The notes: a model not told the origin generated them from the letters alone. A stretch of 64,000 nucleotides of DNA from Azolla caroliniana (GCA_043228905.1 JBHGNT010000002.1:13516001-13580000); one strand, 5' to 3'. Counted from the stretch's first letter, positions 24,224-37,886 are shown. Numbers and translations: made by a program.

Positions 24224-25400
24224 TTTGTGAAAAGGAGAGGTGCATGGGAAAGCCTGAATCAATCCCTAGTCACAAGGCAAACGAATGCACGCGAGGAAGG
24301 CTTACACACGGACACACAAAGAAGGCTTACACAAAGAAGGCACGAGTATTCGAACGTGTTTGTGACAAGGAGAGGTGCATGGGCAAGCCCGAATCAACCG
24401 CTAGTCACAAGGCGAACGAATGCACATGAGGAAGGCTTACACACAGACACACAAGGAAAAGGCTTACTTACACACACGAGAGACACAGTTTCAAATGCCT
24501 TTGTGAAAAGAGAGGTGCATGGGCAAGCCCGAACGCTCCCTTGTTACAAGGCACGCAAACACACAACGAAGGTTTACACACGGGAGATACAATTTCGAAC
24601 ACCTTTGTGAAAGGAGAGGTGCATGGGCAAGCCCGAACGCTCCCTTGCCACAAGTTCCATAAACACAGAAGCAAGATTTACACTAACACGCAAGACACGA
24701 AAGTTTGAATGCCTTTGTGAAAGGAGAGGTGCATGGACAAGCCCGAAACGCACCCTTGTCACAAGACACACAAACAAATAAGCACAAATGACAATTGTTG
24801 TATGTTTTAGGGTTAGGGTTAATGATGGTAATGATAAAGATAGGAATAGTGTTAACAATCATGGTAGATTAATGAAGATAGACATGGTGATGGAGAGTAT
24901 GATGGTGAGAGAAGCATTGCGGGGTGGGGGGTGGTGCCCAGAATGGCTCCACCCCCCTCCCAAGGGGTTCAACATTAAAGGGGAGAGAGAGAGGGAGAAA
25001 GAGATGACAAGAGAGAGAGAGATTGAGAGAGAAATGGTTATTCATTTTTTCATTCATTCCCCATAAGGGGTTAAATAGGTACAAAGGGGTAGATCCACAA
25101 GGGTCCAAGCCCCTTGGGCATTCACACCTAGTCACTTACTCACACCTCTTTGTATCCACCACACTCACACTTACATTCACACCCACATACATATCAACGC
25201 ATTACATCGTTCACCCTGTAAGTTTGAGTGCCTTTGTGAAAGGAGAGGTGCATGGGCAAGCCCGAAATGCTCCCTTGTCACAAGACACACAAACAAATAA
25301 GCACAAATGATGATAACATATAAGATACGTAAGTTTGAATGCCTTTGTGAAAGGAGAGGTGCATGAGCAAGCCCGAAACGCTCCCTTGTCACAAGACACA
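24224..25400. repeat. Array of 7 conserved ~55-nt hairpin repeats with variable A/C-rich spacers, interrupted by a ~430-bp insert (about 24790-25220)
   Basis: Core TTTGTGAAAGGAGAGGTGCATGGGCAAGCCCGAAACGCTCCCTTGTCACAA at about 24224, 24359, 24500, 24604, 24714, 25233 and 25344. Confidence 0.9.
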
Positions 25401-25517
25401 CAAACAAATAAGCACAAATGACAATAACATATAAGACACATAGGTGAAACCAAACATTAGTTTATTACAATATAATAGATTCTTTTATAAAATAAGAATC
25501 AATTTTACAACGGGTTT

Positions 25518-26100
25518 GATATGAATATGAGAGATGGAGGAAAGAAGAGAGTGGAATATAGAAAAAGGTGATTCTTTGTTGATGATGCCTCTCAATGTTA
25601 TTGATCCTTCTTCTTTTTCCTTCCAATTGAGTAGAGCTTATGCGTTCCTTCTCCCTTCCCCCCTTCTTCCCTAGAATAGGCTCTTATTTATAGGTTTCAG
25701 ATTGCTTGCCTTTCCCCCCTAAAAACAAAGCTTGTCTATAAAAATCAACTTTTCTTTTCATCACTATTTCTGTTTTGTAACCCCAAATTTCACATTCAAG
25801 ATATTCTTGGAAAGCTCTTTGGGTTAGCTTTCTTATGCATATTTTCTTTTCTAATTTGGATATCTAACGAGGAAATTATGAGCTTTTCTCTCTACTGTGC
25901 TCCTCATATCCACGCGTGCTTCTTCTTCTTCTTTTCTCACTCCCCATCTTTTTCTCTACGTTTGTCTACTTTTGAAAACCGCCTCTAACTTAATATTCAT
26001 CATTATTTATAGTAAGGTTCAATCCTTTGACCTTTTATTTATAAGGAATTATCTTTGGAAAATGAAAAAGTACTTTTGCTACCAATAAAGTTGACTTACA
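25518..26100 (-). repeat. Diverged LTR related to the 28922/32339 LTR family
   Basis: Ends ...gttgacttaca (cf. aattgacttcaca) and shares blocks such as tttggatat...ttatgagctttt and gcctctaactt. Left boundary uncertain. Confidence 0.65.
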
Positions 26101-27614
26101 ATACTAGTTTATTTGAACTACTATTTTACTTCTTTTCGAGGGTGGTTTCACACTATGTGTTAGAAACATCACGACAACGTGAAGGACTGGATTGAGAAAT
26201 CTAATAACGCAAACGCCAACCGCATGAATACCGAGATGAAGGACTTCACTATCGGTGCGTCGGCATCCTCACACCCCACTGATTTGCTGGATGACAATCC
26301 CACTTGGCAAGCACTTACCAGTTGCCAGATATCAATGCCCCTAAATAAGCTTCTTCATTTACGTCCACGGTTCAAGGACACAATGGTCTCCTTGACCACC
26401 GGGAAAGATTAGACGACCATGCCCGTGTACCTTGCCGAGTCGAATGGAGGACCACCACTAATGGATTCCCAGAACCTCGCCGTGAAGCTCATGATCAACA
26501 GATGGGATGTTCATGGTTGCATTATCAATGATGGATCGGGGTTCAATGTTATCAGCGAGGCCACTTATAGAGTTCTCAGCATTACCCAATGGGAACCATG
26601 CCCATTTTGGCTCCGTATGGCAGATACACGATCCGTCAGGATGATGGGTTTGATCCGACACCTCGACTTCATCCTTGGAGGCAACACATTCACGATTTTG
26701 GTAGTGGTATTACGACTGGATGCTCATGGCGCCTACCTGATGCTGCTCGGCCGTCCCTAGTTACGCATGGCCAACATTAAGAAACATTGGTAGTGCAAGA
26801 TGATATCGTTTCGACGCAGGAAAACCAAGGTACGTGTTGCCATGGAGGAGCAAATCCGCAGGCCACAGTATACCACTCCCTTGTATGCGGAAGGTGTTCA
26901 CATGCTTGATGGACTAGCCGATGAGGAGGTGGACCACTTCCTTTAGGATCACCCGAGGATTGTTCCATTGTTCGATATCGACATCGTAACAGTCGTTGGC
27001 CCTTATGTTTCCGAGCTAGCAGGTGAAGAGGGAGATATAGACCGAGAACCTGATCCGAAATCAATCAAAAAATTACGTCATGCACGCGAAGCGCGCAAAT
27101 GGGAACTAGTCATATCTCAACGGGTGAAGACATCAACACTAGAAGAGATTAATCTCGGTACGACCATGGATCTGAGAACACTGAGAATTGCAAAGGAGCT
27201 AGCTCCCGATGAACGCTCGGCATTGGTCGGTCTGCCCACAAAATATAAGGATGTCTTTGCATGGTTGTACAACGACATGAAAGGGTTAGATCCGCGATAC
27301 TATGAGCACCAGATCCACCTGAAGCACGACACACAACCCATACAACAACACCGTTACAGAATGAATCCCAATTATGCGGCAAAAGTGAAAGAGGAAATTG
27401 ACAAGCTCCTTCGGGTGGAGTTCATTCGACCAGTCAAACGTGCCACGTGGTTAAGCCCCATCTTGGTTGTTCCAAAGAAAAATAGAAAAATAAGGGTTTG
27501 CGTCGATTATAGGAAGCTGAACGTGGCAACCATCATTGACACATTTCCTCTCCTGTTTACGGATGGTGTGCTCGATACCATGGCGGGCCACGAGCGATAT
27601 ACCTTCTTGGATGG

Positions 27615-28313
27615 TGATGGAGAGATATTGAAAAAAGATAGAGAAAAGACTAGAGGAAGAGAAAAGAATACTTCAATATACTATTAGGAAAATAATGTCA
27701 TCTTCTTAGACTCTAAGAATAACAACTCCAAATAACTACTTTAATCTCAATACATTAGTTCATAATAGTCCATCCTTCTTTCTTCTTTCCTCTTCCCTCT
27801 TTCATCTACTAAACATCTTCTCACTGTTTCTAGTCTTCTTATTCTTCCTTACTTCCTCTTGTAGATATTGTATTCTTCCTCCCCCCTAAATGATAATAAT
27901 ACCTTCCTATTTATATATTTTTAGTTGTGTTATTCTTGCTTTTTTCTTTTCTTTTCTTTTTACATATCCTCGAGTTTATGTGAGGCGTTTTATTATATCA
28001 CTATTTCTACTATTTCATCCCAAATTTTCATACAAGAAAGCTCTCTTTTTCAGCTTTCTTACGAATATTTTCTTTTGAAATTTGGATATGATATGAAGAA
28101 GTTATGAGCTTTTTTCTTTGCCTTGCTTTTCCTGCGTTTTCTTTTTCTTTTTTTCTGCTTTTTCTACGTTTGAAAAATGCCTCTAACTTTATATCCATCA
28201 ATTTCATTCCTTCGTTAATACTTGATCCTTTCATATTGTGCTTTATTCTTATACACCTTAGCATCCAATGTATTTGCCACGGTCTTTTCTTACGAGCAAA
28301 AATTGACTTCATA
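27615..28313 (-). mobile_element. Solo LTR (third gypsy family) with 5-bp TSD GATGG
   Basis: Reverse-complement match to the LTR at 28922-29588; GATGG at 27610-27614 and 28314-28318; splits the RT motif FLDG|FSGYN. Confidence 0.9.
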
Positions 28314-28921
28314 GATGGGTTCAGTGGTTACAATTAGATTCGCATGCACCCTGATGACCAAGAAAAAACAACATTCATAACAGAATGGGATGTTTTCGTG
28401 GTGGTCGTAATGATGTTCGGGTTTAAAACTGCACCAACCACATTCCAACGTATCATTGTCAAAATTTTCGACAACTACATCCTGGCATTCATGTAAGTCT
28501 TCCTAGATGATTTTGTTGTGCATGACCGACAAGAAGAGCATCTCGACAAGTTACACCTCTGTCTCAATTGTTGTCGACAGTCTCTACTTAGTTTGAACCC
28601 CGCGAAATGCATGTTTTACATCTCTAGCGGCATTCTACTTGGGCATATTGTCAGCCGAGAAGGGATCGCTCTGGACCCCAACAAAGTGTAGGCCATCTTG
28701 GCCGCCTCGGCTCCTACCACAATGAAGGCCCTCAACTGATTTTTGGGGCAAATTAGATGGCATACTCGAATGCTATGTTATCTAGCCGAGTTCGCGACAC
28801 CACTACACGTGGTGGTACATTGAGTACCTTTCCGATGGATGGAAATGGAAGAAGAACCTTACAAGGACCACAAGGTTATGCTATCGCATGCACCGGTTGT
28901 GCAACCCCCCGTTTGGTCACG

Positions 28922-31900
28922 TGTGAAGTCAATTTTTGCTCGTAAGAAAAGACCATGGAAAATACATCGGATGCTAAGGAGTATAAGAATAAAGCACAAT
29001 ATGAAAGGTTCAAGAGTTAAAAGACGAATGAAATTGAAGGGATATGAAGTTAGAGGCGTTTTCCAAAAGTAGAAAAAGTAGGAAAAAAGAAAAAAAGGAA
29101 AAAACGCATACAAAGGTAGAGAAAGCAAGGTAGAGAAAAAGCTCATAACTTCTTCATCTCATATCCAAATTTCAAAAGAAAAGATTCGTAAGAAATTTGA
29201 CAAAGAGATATTTCTTGTATGAAAACTTTAGATGACAAACCTGAAATAATGATATAAAAAACGCATCACACAAACTCGAGGATATAAGAAAAACGCAACT
29301 AAAAACCTATAAATATGAGGGTATTCTTAGCAATTGAGAGACAAAAGGAGGAATAGAATATCTACAAGAAGAAGTGAGGAAGAATAAGAAGATTAGAAGA
29401 AGTGAGAAGAAGATTAGTTGAAGAAAGAGAGAAGGAAAGACTATTTTGGCTAATAGTATATTGAAGTAGTTATTTGGGGTTGTTACTTTTGGAGTCTAAG
29501 AGGATTGTGTTGTTTTCCTAATAGTATATTGAAGTGTTATTTTCTCTTCCTCTTCTCTTCTCTATCTTTTTTCTTTCTCTCATCATCATTTTGGTGCTCC
29601 AAGAGGGTCGATTCTTTCCGTATCAGAGGGAAGACATGTTCTGTTGGTAGCCAATATGGATTTTCAATTTGCTTTTGCAGATGATGGGGTTCAAGAGGGA
29701 AGATGAAGAATTTTGAGAAACTTCCTCTATTGGTGGCTAATTTTTATGGACAAGCAAGGGATTGGTATGAATCCTTGCTACCAAACCAACTATAATTGAA
29801 TTACCAACAATTGGTAAAACAATTTAAAGCTAAGTATATTCAATGCCGAAATGTGATGGAAGTGCAAGAGGAACTCTTTCGTTTATGGATGTCCTCAACA
29901 ATGGAGTATAACGGTTACAAGAGAGAGTTTATTGACCTTTGGACTACATGGATTCGGTTACATGGGGGTACGGAGGATGAATGGTTTAAGATGAACCGCT
30001 TTAAAGCAGGATTAAGTCCACACTTTGCATTGGAGGCAAATCTAAAGGATCCTATAACTTTCCAAGTGCTTATCCGAACTTGTCAAGCCTATAATAGACA
30101 AATCCAAGTTCTACAAGCGAGAGTGGATTCAACGGTTGCAACATTTAAATCTCCTATTCTTCAACAATCACCAATTGTGTATGGAGATAAAGTATTCCCT
30201 AATGTTTTTATGACATATCAACCTAATATTCCGGTGATGCAAGAAACAACTCAACCTAAGGTGGAAGGAGGCTTTTCAGAGCAAGTTAATCAACGTCTTG
30301 ATGAAATTACTCGACAAATCCAAACATGCAAGAAAATTTTAATCAAACTCGAGATGCTCCAAGGAGAAGGAGAGTGATCATGTGCTATACATGTGATGTT
30401 GAGGGACATATATCTAAACGATTTCCTTCACGAAGACAAGGTGATTGGGGTCGAGGCATGGATCAATTTTAGAGTAATCAAAACAACACTAGTAACAATT
30501 TTCACCAACTCAACAACCATATTGGAGGGGAAAGTACTTTAGTGCAAATTCCAACAAGTCCCCCTAAGGTAAATCTGCTTGATTTTGTGTATGATATAGT
30601 TGAAGATTGTGATGTTGCATGCAATAAGACAACTACTACATCACATAAAAATAAAGAGTTGGAAGGAGAGGCCAGTAACTCTCAACAAACGAAGAAGTCT
30701 AAGGAGACTAACTTGGAGGATGGTCATGGAAAGAAGTATCCGCAAAGAAAGATTAAAATTGATGATATGCCAATGGGAAAAGGTGTGGAACCGTTCGATC
30801 TCAAGCCAAAGCTAATCTCTAGTGGACCTCGCATCATTGGCCACAACTTCTTCAACTTTCTCCATCACTAAAAAAGGAGTGGGGACGCATATCAAGTATA
30901 CAACAAAGTATAAAGATATTACATGGGGCGAAGATTGTGCAAGTGGAAGATCGAAAGGATATTCGACCCACTATTTCGGTAACCATTAAAAGTCTTTTAA
31001 TTAAGAATGCCTTAGTAGATAGTGGTATTAGAATTGATCCTACATCTAATGTCGTAGTGGGCAAGATTGGAAAATCTATCTATCAAAAGTCCTCTATCAA
31101 GGTAGACATAGTTGATGGATGTTTGGCCTCTCATTTTGGGGTTATAGACGATGTTGAGTGTTTTGGTATACCTATGTCCATGGATTTACATGTAATATTC
31201 CTTAAAGGGTCATCTTGTTTCTTAGTGTTAGTAAGACCTTGGATGCAAGAATTATATGTAATACAGGATTGGATTAGGATAAACTTATCACTATCAAAGA
31301 GGTTTAACATGTTCTATGAGAAGGAAGTATCTATTGATAATGGCAAGCAAGATGAGGAAATTATAACAAGTGATGGATCTTCATGAGATAGGGAAAAGAA
31401 ATTGTCCCATATGGTGTCTAAGGATGAAGGAGAAGTCATTGAAGAAGGTATTATCACCATAAAGGGAAAAAAGATGATGATTTCAAGCGATGTTCAAGGA
31501 GAAGAGGATCTAAGGTTTATTTCTCTTCCTTCTAATGTTCCAAAGTCATTCGTAATTGACTATTCACATATAAGAGGAGAAGGCATCAAGCACCACTTCA
31601 AGTTTGAAGGAAAGTGTACCAATTGACCAAAAGCCTCGATGATTGGAGATTGTGCAAAAGGATTTCAAAAGATTGTTGCAAGTGAGTTTCATTTATCATA
31701 TGGAGGATTTGAAGTGTGTCTCACCAATTGTTGTGGTTCCAAAGAAGAATGACATCAAATTCAAACCCTTGAATGACTCAACCAAACGGGATCAGTTTTC
31801 ACTTCCTTTTCGAGATGAAATTCTAGATGAAATAGTCGTATATACAAGACAAGGTAATGTGGAGAATGTGGTGTGCCAAGAAGGAATTCATGTTTATGCA

Positions 31901-32990
31901 ACAAAGATCGAAGTAATTCAAAAGGTGACAACTCCAACAAGTTTCAAAATATTGAAGGTATTTGTACAAAAAGTTCGCTCGCTTGAAAGGTTTATTCATA
32001 TGTTGACATGCATACTTCTATCGAGAACTATGTATCGCATGGCCCTACTTTTGTTTGGAGAGTTGACAAAAACATAATAATTGAGCTAACCTCTTTCTTT
32101 GTGTTAACAAGGAGAAAGATGGTAATGGAGATTGTCAATGTGTGTGTGTGTCTAGGAGTGTGAGATTTTTTTCCTACCGCTTAACGGAGGTTTTTTCTCA
32201 CACAATAATTTGTTACATTTTTAGTATTTATACTCCTTCTTTGTCTATATCCTACCATAAGGCGAAGGAGTTTTTTCATTTTCTCTTTTTTAGGCTCACC
32301 ATAAATGTTTCGCTCAACAAGCAAGGAGGGGGGCTAAATGTGAAGTCAATTTTTGCTCGTAAGAAAAGACCATGGAAAATACATTGGATGCTAAGGAGTA
32401 TAAGAATAAAGCACAATATGAAAGGTTCAAGAGTTAAAAGACGAATGAAATTGAAGGGATATAAAGTTAGAGGCGTTTTCCAAAAGTAGAAAAAGCAGGA
32501 AAAAACGCATACAAAGGCAGAGAAAGCAAGGTAGAGAAAAAAGCTCATAACTTCTTCACCTCATGTCCGAATTTCAAAAGAAAAGATTTGTAAGAAAGCT
32601 GACAAAGAGAGATTTCTTGTATGAAAAATTTAGATGAAAAACCAGAAATAATGATATGAAAAACGCATCACACAAACTCGAGGATATTAGAAAAACGCAA
32701 CTAAAAACCTATAAATATGAGGGTATTCTTAGCAATTCAGAGACAAAAGGAGGAATAGAATATCTACAAGAAGAAGTGAGGAAGAATAAGAAGATTAAAA
32801 GAATTGAGAAGAAGATTAGTTGAAGAATGAGAGAAGGAAAGACTATTTTGGCTAATAGTATGTTGAAGTAGTTATTTGGGGTTGTTACTTTTGGAGTCTA
32901 AGAGGATTGTATTGTTTTTCTAATAGTATATTGAAGTATTCTTTTCTCTTCCTCTTCTCTTCTCTATCTTTTATCTTTCTCTCGTCATCA
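28922..32990 (+). mobile_element. Non-autonomous internally deleted Ty3/gypsy element (LTRs 28922-29588 and 32339-32990)
   Basis: Two similar LTRs (TGTGAAGTC...TCATCA); PBS-like TGGTGCTCCA at about 29592 (tRNA not identified); PPT AAGGAGGGGGG at about 32323; decayed gag, Zn knuckle, PR (ALVDSG) and RT scraps. No clean TSD. Confidence 0.88.
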
Positions 32991-33875
32991 ACAAGAATTT
33001 CACATTTTCATTGACGCTTCCAACGTGGCTATCGAAAACGCTCTAATGCAAATGACGCCTCCAAAATGGTATCGGCTAGTGTACTACGCTAGCAGACGAC
33101 TCTCATCGGCCAAAAAGAACTATTCAACAACGGAATGCAAAGCACTCGGAATGATATACAACATAACAAAGTTTCGGCATTATCTGCTCGGCCGTAAATT
33201 TACGTTACACGTCGATCACTCGGCCCTACTATACTTGGTCACAAAGCAGACGTTGAACGACAGATTGGCATGATGGATGTTACTTCTGCAAGAATTCGAA
33301 TTTAATATACAGCCCTGGCCAGGGGTACACGCGGTAGCGGACTATCTAAGTTGGCACGATTCGGGGGAACCAGCCCAAACCATGTTCGACAATCTTCCCA
33401 ACACCGACATTTTTGGTATCAACCTTGACACAGAACACGCCGAATCCAGTGATGGGTGGATAGATGACATGATTCACTTCCTCAGCACGAGGCTTCGACT
33501 AGAGCAATTGCCCCTCGATGCAAAGAAGGGGTTAGCAGTTAGAAGCCGAAATTTTTGCTTGGTGGACGATACAATCTGTTATCCGTGGGACAAAAGGGAT
33601 AAAATGTGAAACGAATTCAAGAATACGAGTAGGTAATGTAGGTGAAAAATGACAACCGGGAATGAGGAAGGTAACGGAATATGTGCAACCGAGAATGAAG
33701 GCCGAGAAGAAAGGATTGACTAAACCGCGCAAAGTAGAAAGGGAAGTTATAAAAACGAGAAGCAGAATCAGAAGGAAGAGAGAGACAAAAGAGGAGAATG
33801 ATTGTTATCTGTCTGATTGTATAAGAATAGAACTTCGACTCTAAGCCCTGTAACAACAAAATTTGGCACACCCGG

Positions 33876-34545
33876 TGTCGTGGAGAAAACCGTCCCTAGG
33901 CGGAATCGGAGAATGATGTGCGCGAACCGGCCCTTACATGCGGGCACAAGTTTTGTTGTAATGTACATATTTAGGTACAAGTCGGCTGATATGAATATCC
34001 TAGGTCGCACGGATTTGATAGGTAGGAAATCGAGGCATATCTCTATCCGAAAGGACAGAGAATAAAGATGACGTAACAAGTTGTAACGGCCTCCCTCCTT
34101 GGGCTATAAAAGAGAGGGAGAGGAATCGGAAAAGCGATCGCTTTTGTCGAGGACGAAGTGCTGTCGGACTGGGACTGAGCTCTTCTCCTCCGTCTTTCTC
34201 TATATTTGCTGTGCAGGTTTTCGGGAGGCTGACTCTGCTCTGCGGAACGCCTGAGTGCTTCTGACAGAGTCTCCATCTTGCTCTTCTATGTGCATGTGCG
34301 TAGGCGTAGGATATTTGTCGCTCACCGGCCTACCGGTTGTAACCCCTTTTTCATCAGAATATATATATACATATACGCATTCGTCTCATTTCTGTTGTTT
34401 CATTTGGTTGCGGTTTCTGTGTATCTATGTGTGTGTGGAAGCACGGCCATTGTCTTTCTTGCTCCTACTCCTCATCGGTTATTTCTCGGTCCAAGACCCC
34501 CTTGGTCCCGCCTCGTTGTATACGCACACGCGTAACAACGTGACA
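33876..34545 (+). mobile_element. Solo LTR of the Trp-primed family, 4-bp TSD CCGG
   Basis: Starts TGTCGTGGAGAAAACCGTCC like the intact element's LTR; CCGG at 33872-33875 and 34546-34549. Confidence 0.9.
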
Positions 34546-35156
34546 CCGGTTCACATTGTGCTATACAACGAACAACGTAGGTGGAAACCCCCCCATCCGC
34601 CATTACGATGCCCAATCGCACCATGCGTTCTCGGCTACCCTCCTGCCACACCGAGCCAGTCGAGGAAACTACTTACTCCGTGGTCACACAACAATCATCA
34701 CCGGAGCCCCAAGAGTCGCACCACTCGCCAGTAGCAGCCCCTAACACACAGTCGTACATAGGCTTTAAACTCGCCGCATCTCCGAGTCCGTCTGCAATAC
34801 CCAAACCGAGTTCAACCCCTATCCGATGTTACCAGAAGACCCGGACTTTGACACCTTGCCTTGCCCATATCCCCGTTATCCGGATGGCCCTGACGCTGAG
34901 TCTCACATCCGCTCTTTTGTGTCGACTTGAGAAGCCAACGATTTGACGCAGCGTCTTACCGATGCCCCCAAAATTGTCGAATTCACACTGTTCCTCGACA
35001 GACCCGTGACCCGGTGGTACTCCCACCGCGATCCTATGTAATCTACGACATTTCAGGACATTCACACTCAATTCCTTGAACTTTTCCACCGTGAAATACC
35101 TAAACCGGACTTGCTCCGCTAGTTCTATGGTATATTACAAGAACTGCATGAGATGG

Positions 35157-35525
35157 TGTTGTCCGCCGGAAGCGGACTAATGAGAAACAAGGTGAGAAGT
35201 AAAGTAACGCATGTAAGGGTTCACGCATGAAGCGTAACCGACTATGCCCCGTGTATATAAAGGGCATAGAAACATTGTAACAGCTCGCATAGTTTTTGAG
35301 CATAACCAGTCTAATATAGTCATACTCTTTGTCTCAATGTCGTTCGTAAGTGTATCCATTCTTAGGGAAAGTAGCGTATCTCTGTATAGCGACACACGGT
35401 AGGAAGGAGCTCGGTTGTAGTCGTCTCCGATTAATGCCTTACTTTCGCGGACACTTAGTGACGCTTTACCCTTGTACTGCGCTGAGGTTAGACCTACTAT
35501 GCTAATCCATTTTCTGTACCACAAC
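35157..35525 (+). repeat. Probable additional LTR-like insertion
   Basis: Begins TGTTGTCC, has a TATA (gtatataaa) and interrupts gag/integrase homology; right end and TSD unclear. Confidence 0.4.
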
Positions 35526-36767
35526 CTCCTTGAGCCATACCTCGAAGGACTGTCCTACACCTGTAAAGCGGAAGAACGCGCTACGCGAAAACCACGTCTA
35601 AACGACTGCGTTCTGTCTCTCTCAGAGTATACATTAGAATCGACACTCACCAAAACATGGCGATCCTCGAGCACGAGCAACGGCGGTGGAAGGCATTCGT
35701 GGACCGACACCGTGGCACCAATGAGAAGCACTTTATAATTGGGAAAGCCGTCTTAGTTTTCCAAACACGCATGGGACAAATGCCAAGAAAACTATGATTC
35801 TGATGGACAGGGCCGTACTGGACAATAGGAGCCGAGAATGGGACATTCGAACTAGGCACCCGCACAGGTGAAGTCTTGTGTCAAAAAGTCACTGGGTTTC
35901 GATTAAAGTCGTATTTGGGACCCACGCCGCCAAATCCGTTTCGCGCCGATAAATATAATACGATCGTTGGTCTATGGAACGACCATTAAACGGGACCCAT
36001 GGGTAAATATGTAACATTAATGTACTATAAACCTAGCCTTAACCATTAGGTATGAAATGAAAATAACAATAACAATAATAATAATAATAATAATAATAAG
36101 GGACCGTCACGACTATTAAAGGGACTTCATGCATGCACACTTTCCCAGAAAGAAAGGACACAAACGTCGACACAATGATTCACAGACTCATGAACCCTAA
36201 CTCACAAAAAGAAGCCATCAAGTGTTCCACTGCACATTATAGAAAACATTTTCAAGCTCCCTCCTCTTCTTGCTCTCCTCGCCCTCCTTGCTCTCCTTGC
36301 TCCCCAACCTCCTTGCGCCACCACAGATGGATAAGCTTGCGATCCTTACCCCCGAGTCGATCTCCCCACGCATCTCGCCAAGACGACATGCCGATCTTTA
36401 TCTCCCTGGCTCTACGGCGATGGCTACACGAGAAGGGCTTAGAAGGCTACATCTGGGTAGCAGAAGCCCCACCACAGCCCGATGTACATGAAGTAGCCAA
36501 GAAACACATTGTCGACACGATCACAAACGCCAGCATCAAGAAGAAGTTGGGTTTATCCGGGAGCGGCAAATGACACTTCGAAATCCCCCCTACAGGTGCT
36601 CTCGACTACGTACATACCAATGCCTACGTGATGCCAAAACAAAAAACAGGCATCATCATTGATACATTCGAGGGACACTCCATTGACTGGGGAGTCATTA
36701 CGGGGCCAGCCCTAAGGGAGGGCCTACATGCGTTCCAGGCCAGGAAGAAGCTCTGCCCTATCATACG

Positions 36768-37886
36768 ACATTTTTGGTATCAACCTTGCCACAAAACACG
36801 CTGAATCCAAGGATGGGTGGATAGATGACATGATTCACTTCCTCAGCATGAGGCTTCGACTGGAGCAATTGCCCCTCGATGCAAAGAACGGGTTAGCAGT
36901 TAGAAGTCGAAATTTTTGCTTGGTGGATGATACAATCTGTTATCCGTGGGACAAAAGGGATAATATGTGAAACGAATTCAAGAATACGAGTAGGTAAAGT
37001 AGGTGAAAAATGACAAACGGGAATGAGGAAGGTAACGGAATATGTGCAACCGAGAATGAAGGCCGAGAAGAAAGGATTAACTGAAGCGCGCAGAGTAGAA
37101 AGGGAAGTTATAAAAACGAGAAGCAGAATCAGAAGGAAGAGAGAGACAAAAGAGGAGAATGATTGTTATCTGTCTGATTGTATAAGAATAGAACTTCGAC
37201 TCTAAGCCGTGTAACAACAAAATTTGGCACGCCCGGTGTCGTGGAGAAAACCGTCCCTAGACTTGTCCTTACATGCGGGCACAAGTTTTGTTGTAATGTA
37301 CATATTTAGGTACAAGTCGGCTGATATGAATATCCTAGGTCGCACGGATTTGATAGGTAGGAAATCGAGGCATATCTCTGTCCGAAAGGACAGAGAATAA
37401 AGATGATGTAACAAGTTGTAACAGCCTCCCTCCTTGGGCTATAAAAGAGAGGGAGAGGAATCGTAAAAGGGATCGCTTTTGTCGAGGACGAAGTGTTGTC
37501 GGACTGGGACCAAGCTCTTCTCCTCCGTCTTTCTCTATATTTGCTCTGTGCAAGTTTTCGGGAGGCTAACTTTGCTCCGCGGAACGCCTGAGTGCTTCTG
37601 ACAGAGTCTCCATCTCGCTCTTCTATGTGCGTGTGCGTAGGCGTAGGAGATTTGTTGCTCACCGGCCTGCCAGTTGTAACCCCTTTTTCATCAGAATATA
37701 TATATACATATACGCATTCGTCTCGTTTCTGTTGTTTCATTCGGTTGCGGTTTCTGTGTATATGTGTGTGTGTGTGTGGAAGCACGACCGTTGTCTTTCT
37801 TGCTCCTACTCCTGATCGGTTATTCCTCGGTCCATGACCCCCATGGTCCCGCCTCGTTCTATACACATGCGCGTAACAACGCGACA
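36768..37886 (+). repeat. Segmental duplication of 33406-34545 (pol fragment + Arg LTR 36938-37216 + PBS + Trp LTR 37237-37886)
   Basis: Colinear high similarity including both insertion junctions. Confidence 0.93.

Larger units (their letters stand above)
26160..33576 (+). mobile_element. Degenerate pol (PR-RT-RH) of an Arg-family gypsy, interrupted by two insertions
   Basis: ORFs 26419-26760 (WEPCPFWLRMAD), 26968-27687 (RT) and 33025-33609 (RNase H) are homologous to copy 1. Confidence 0.88.
33577..36767 (+). mobile_element. Arg-family gypsy, heavily deleted: 5' LTR 33577-33855, PBS at 33864, gag remnant, integrase C-terminus, extra-ORF start
   Basis: TGTTAT...GTAACA LTR; TGGCACACCCGG PBS; integrase tail at about 35530-35950 homologous to 4908-5510; extra ORF 36133-36770. 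Confidence 0.8.

Noticed and set aside
24224-25400. CRISPR array
   Set aside because: Eukaryotic TE context, no cas genes, repeats too long and degenerate, and spacers related to each other.
24224-25400. Hammerhead ribozyme array (stem-loop followed by GAAAC)
   Set aside because: The CUGANGA core is missing (GGUGCAU instead) and GAAA is not conserved in all units.
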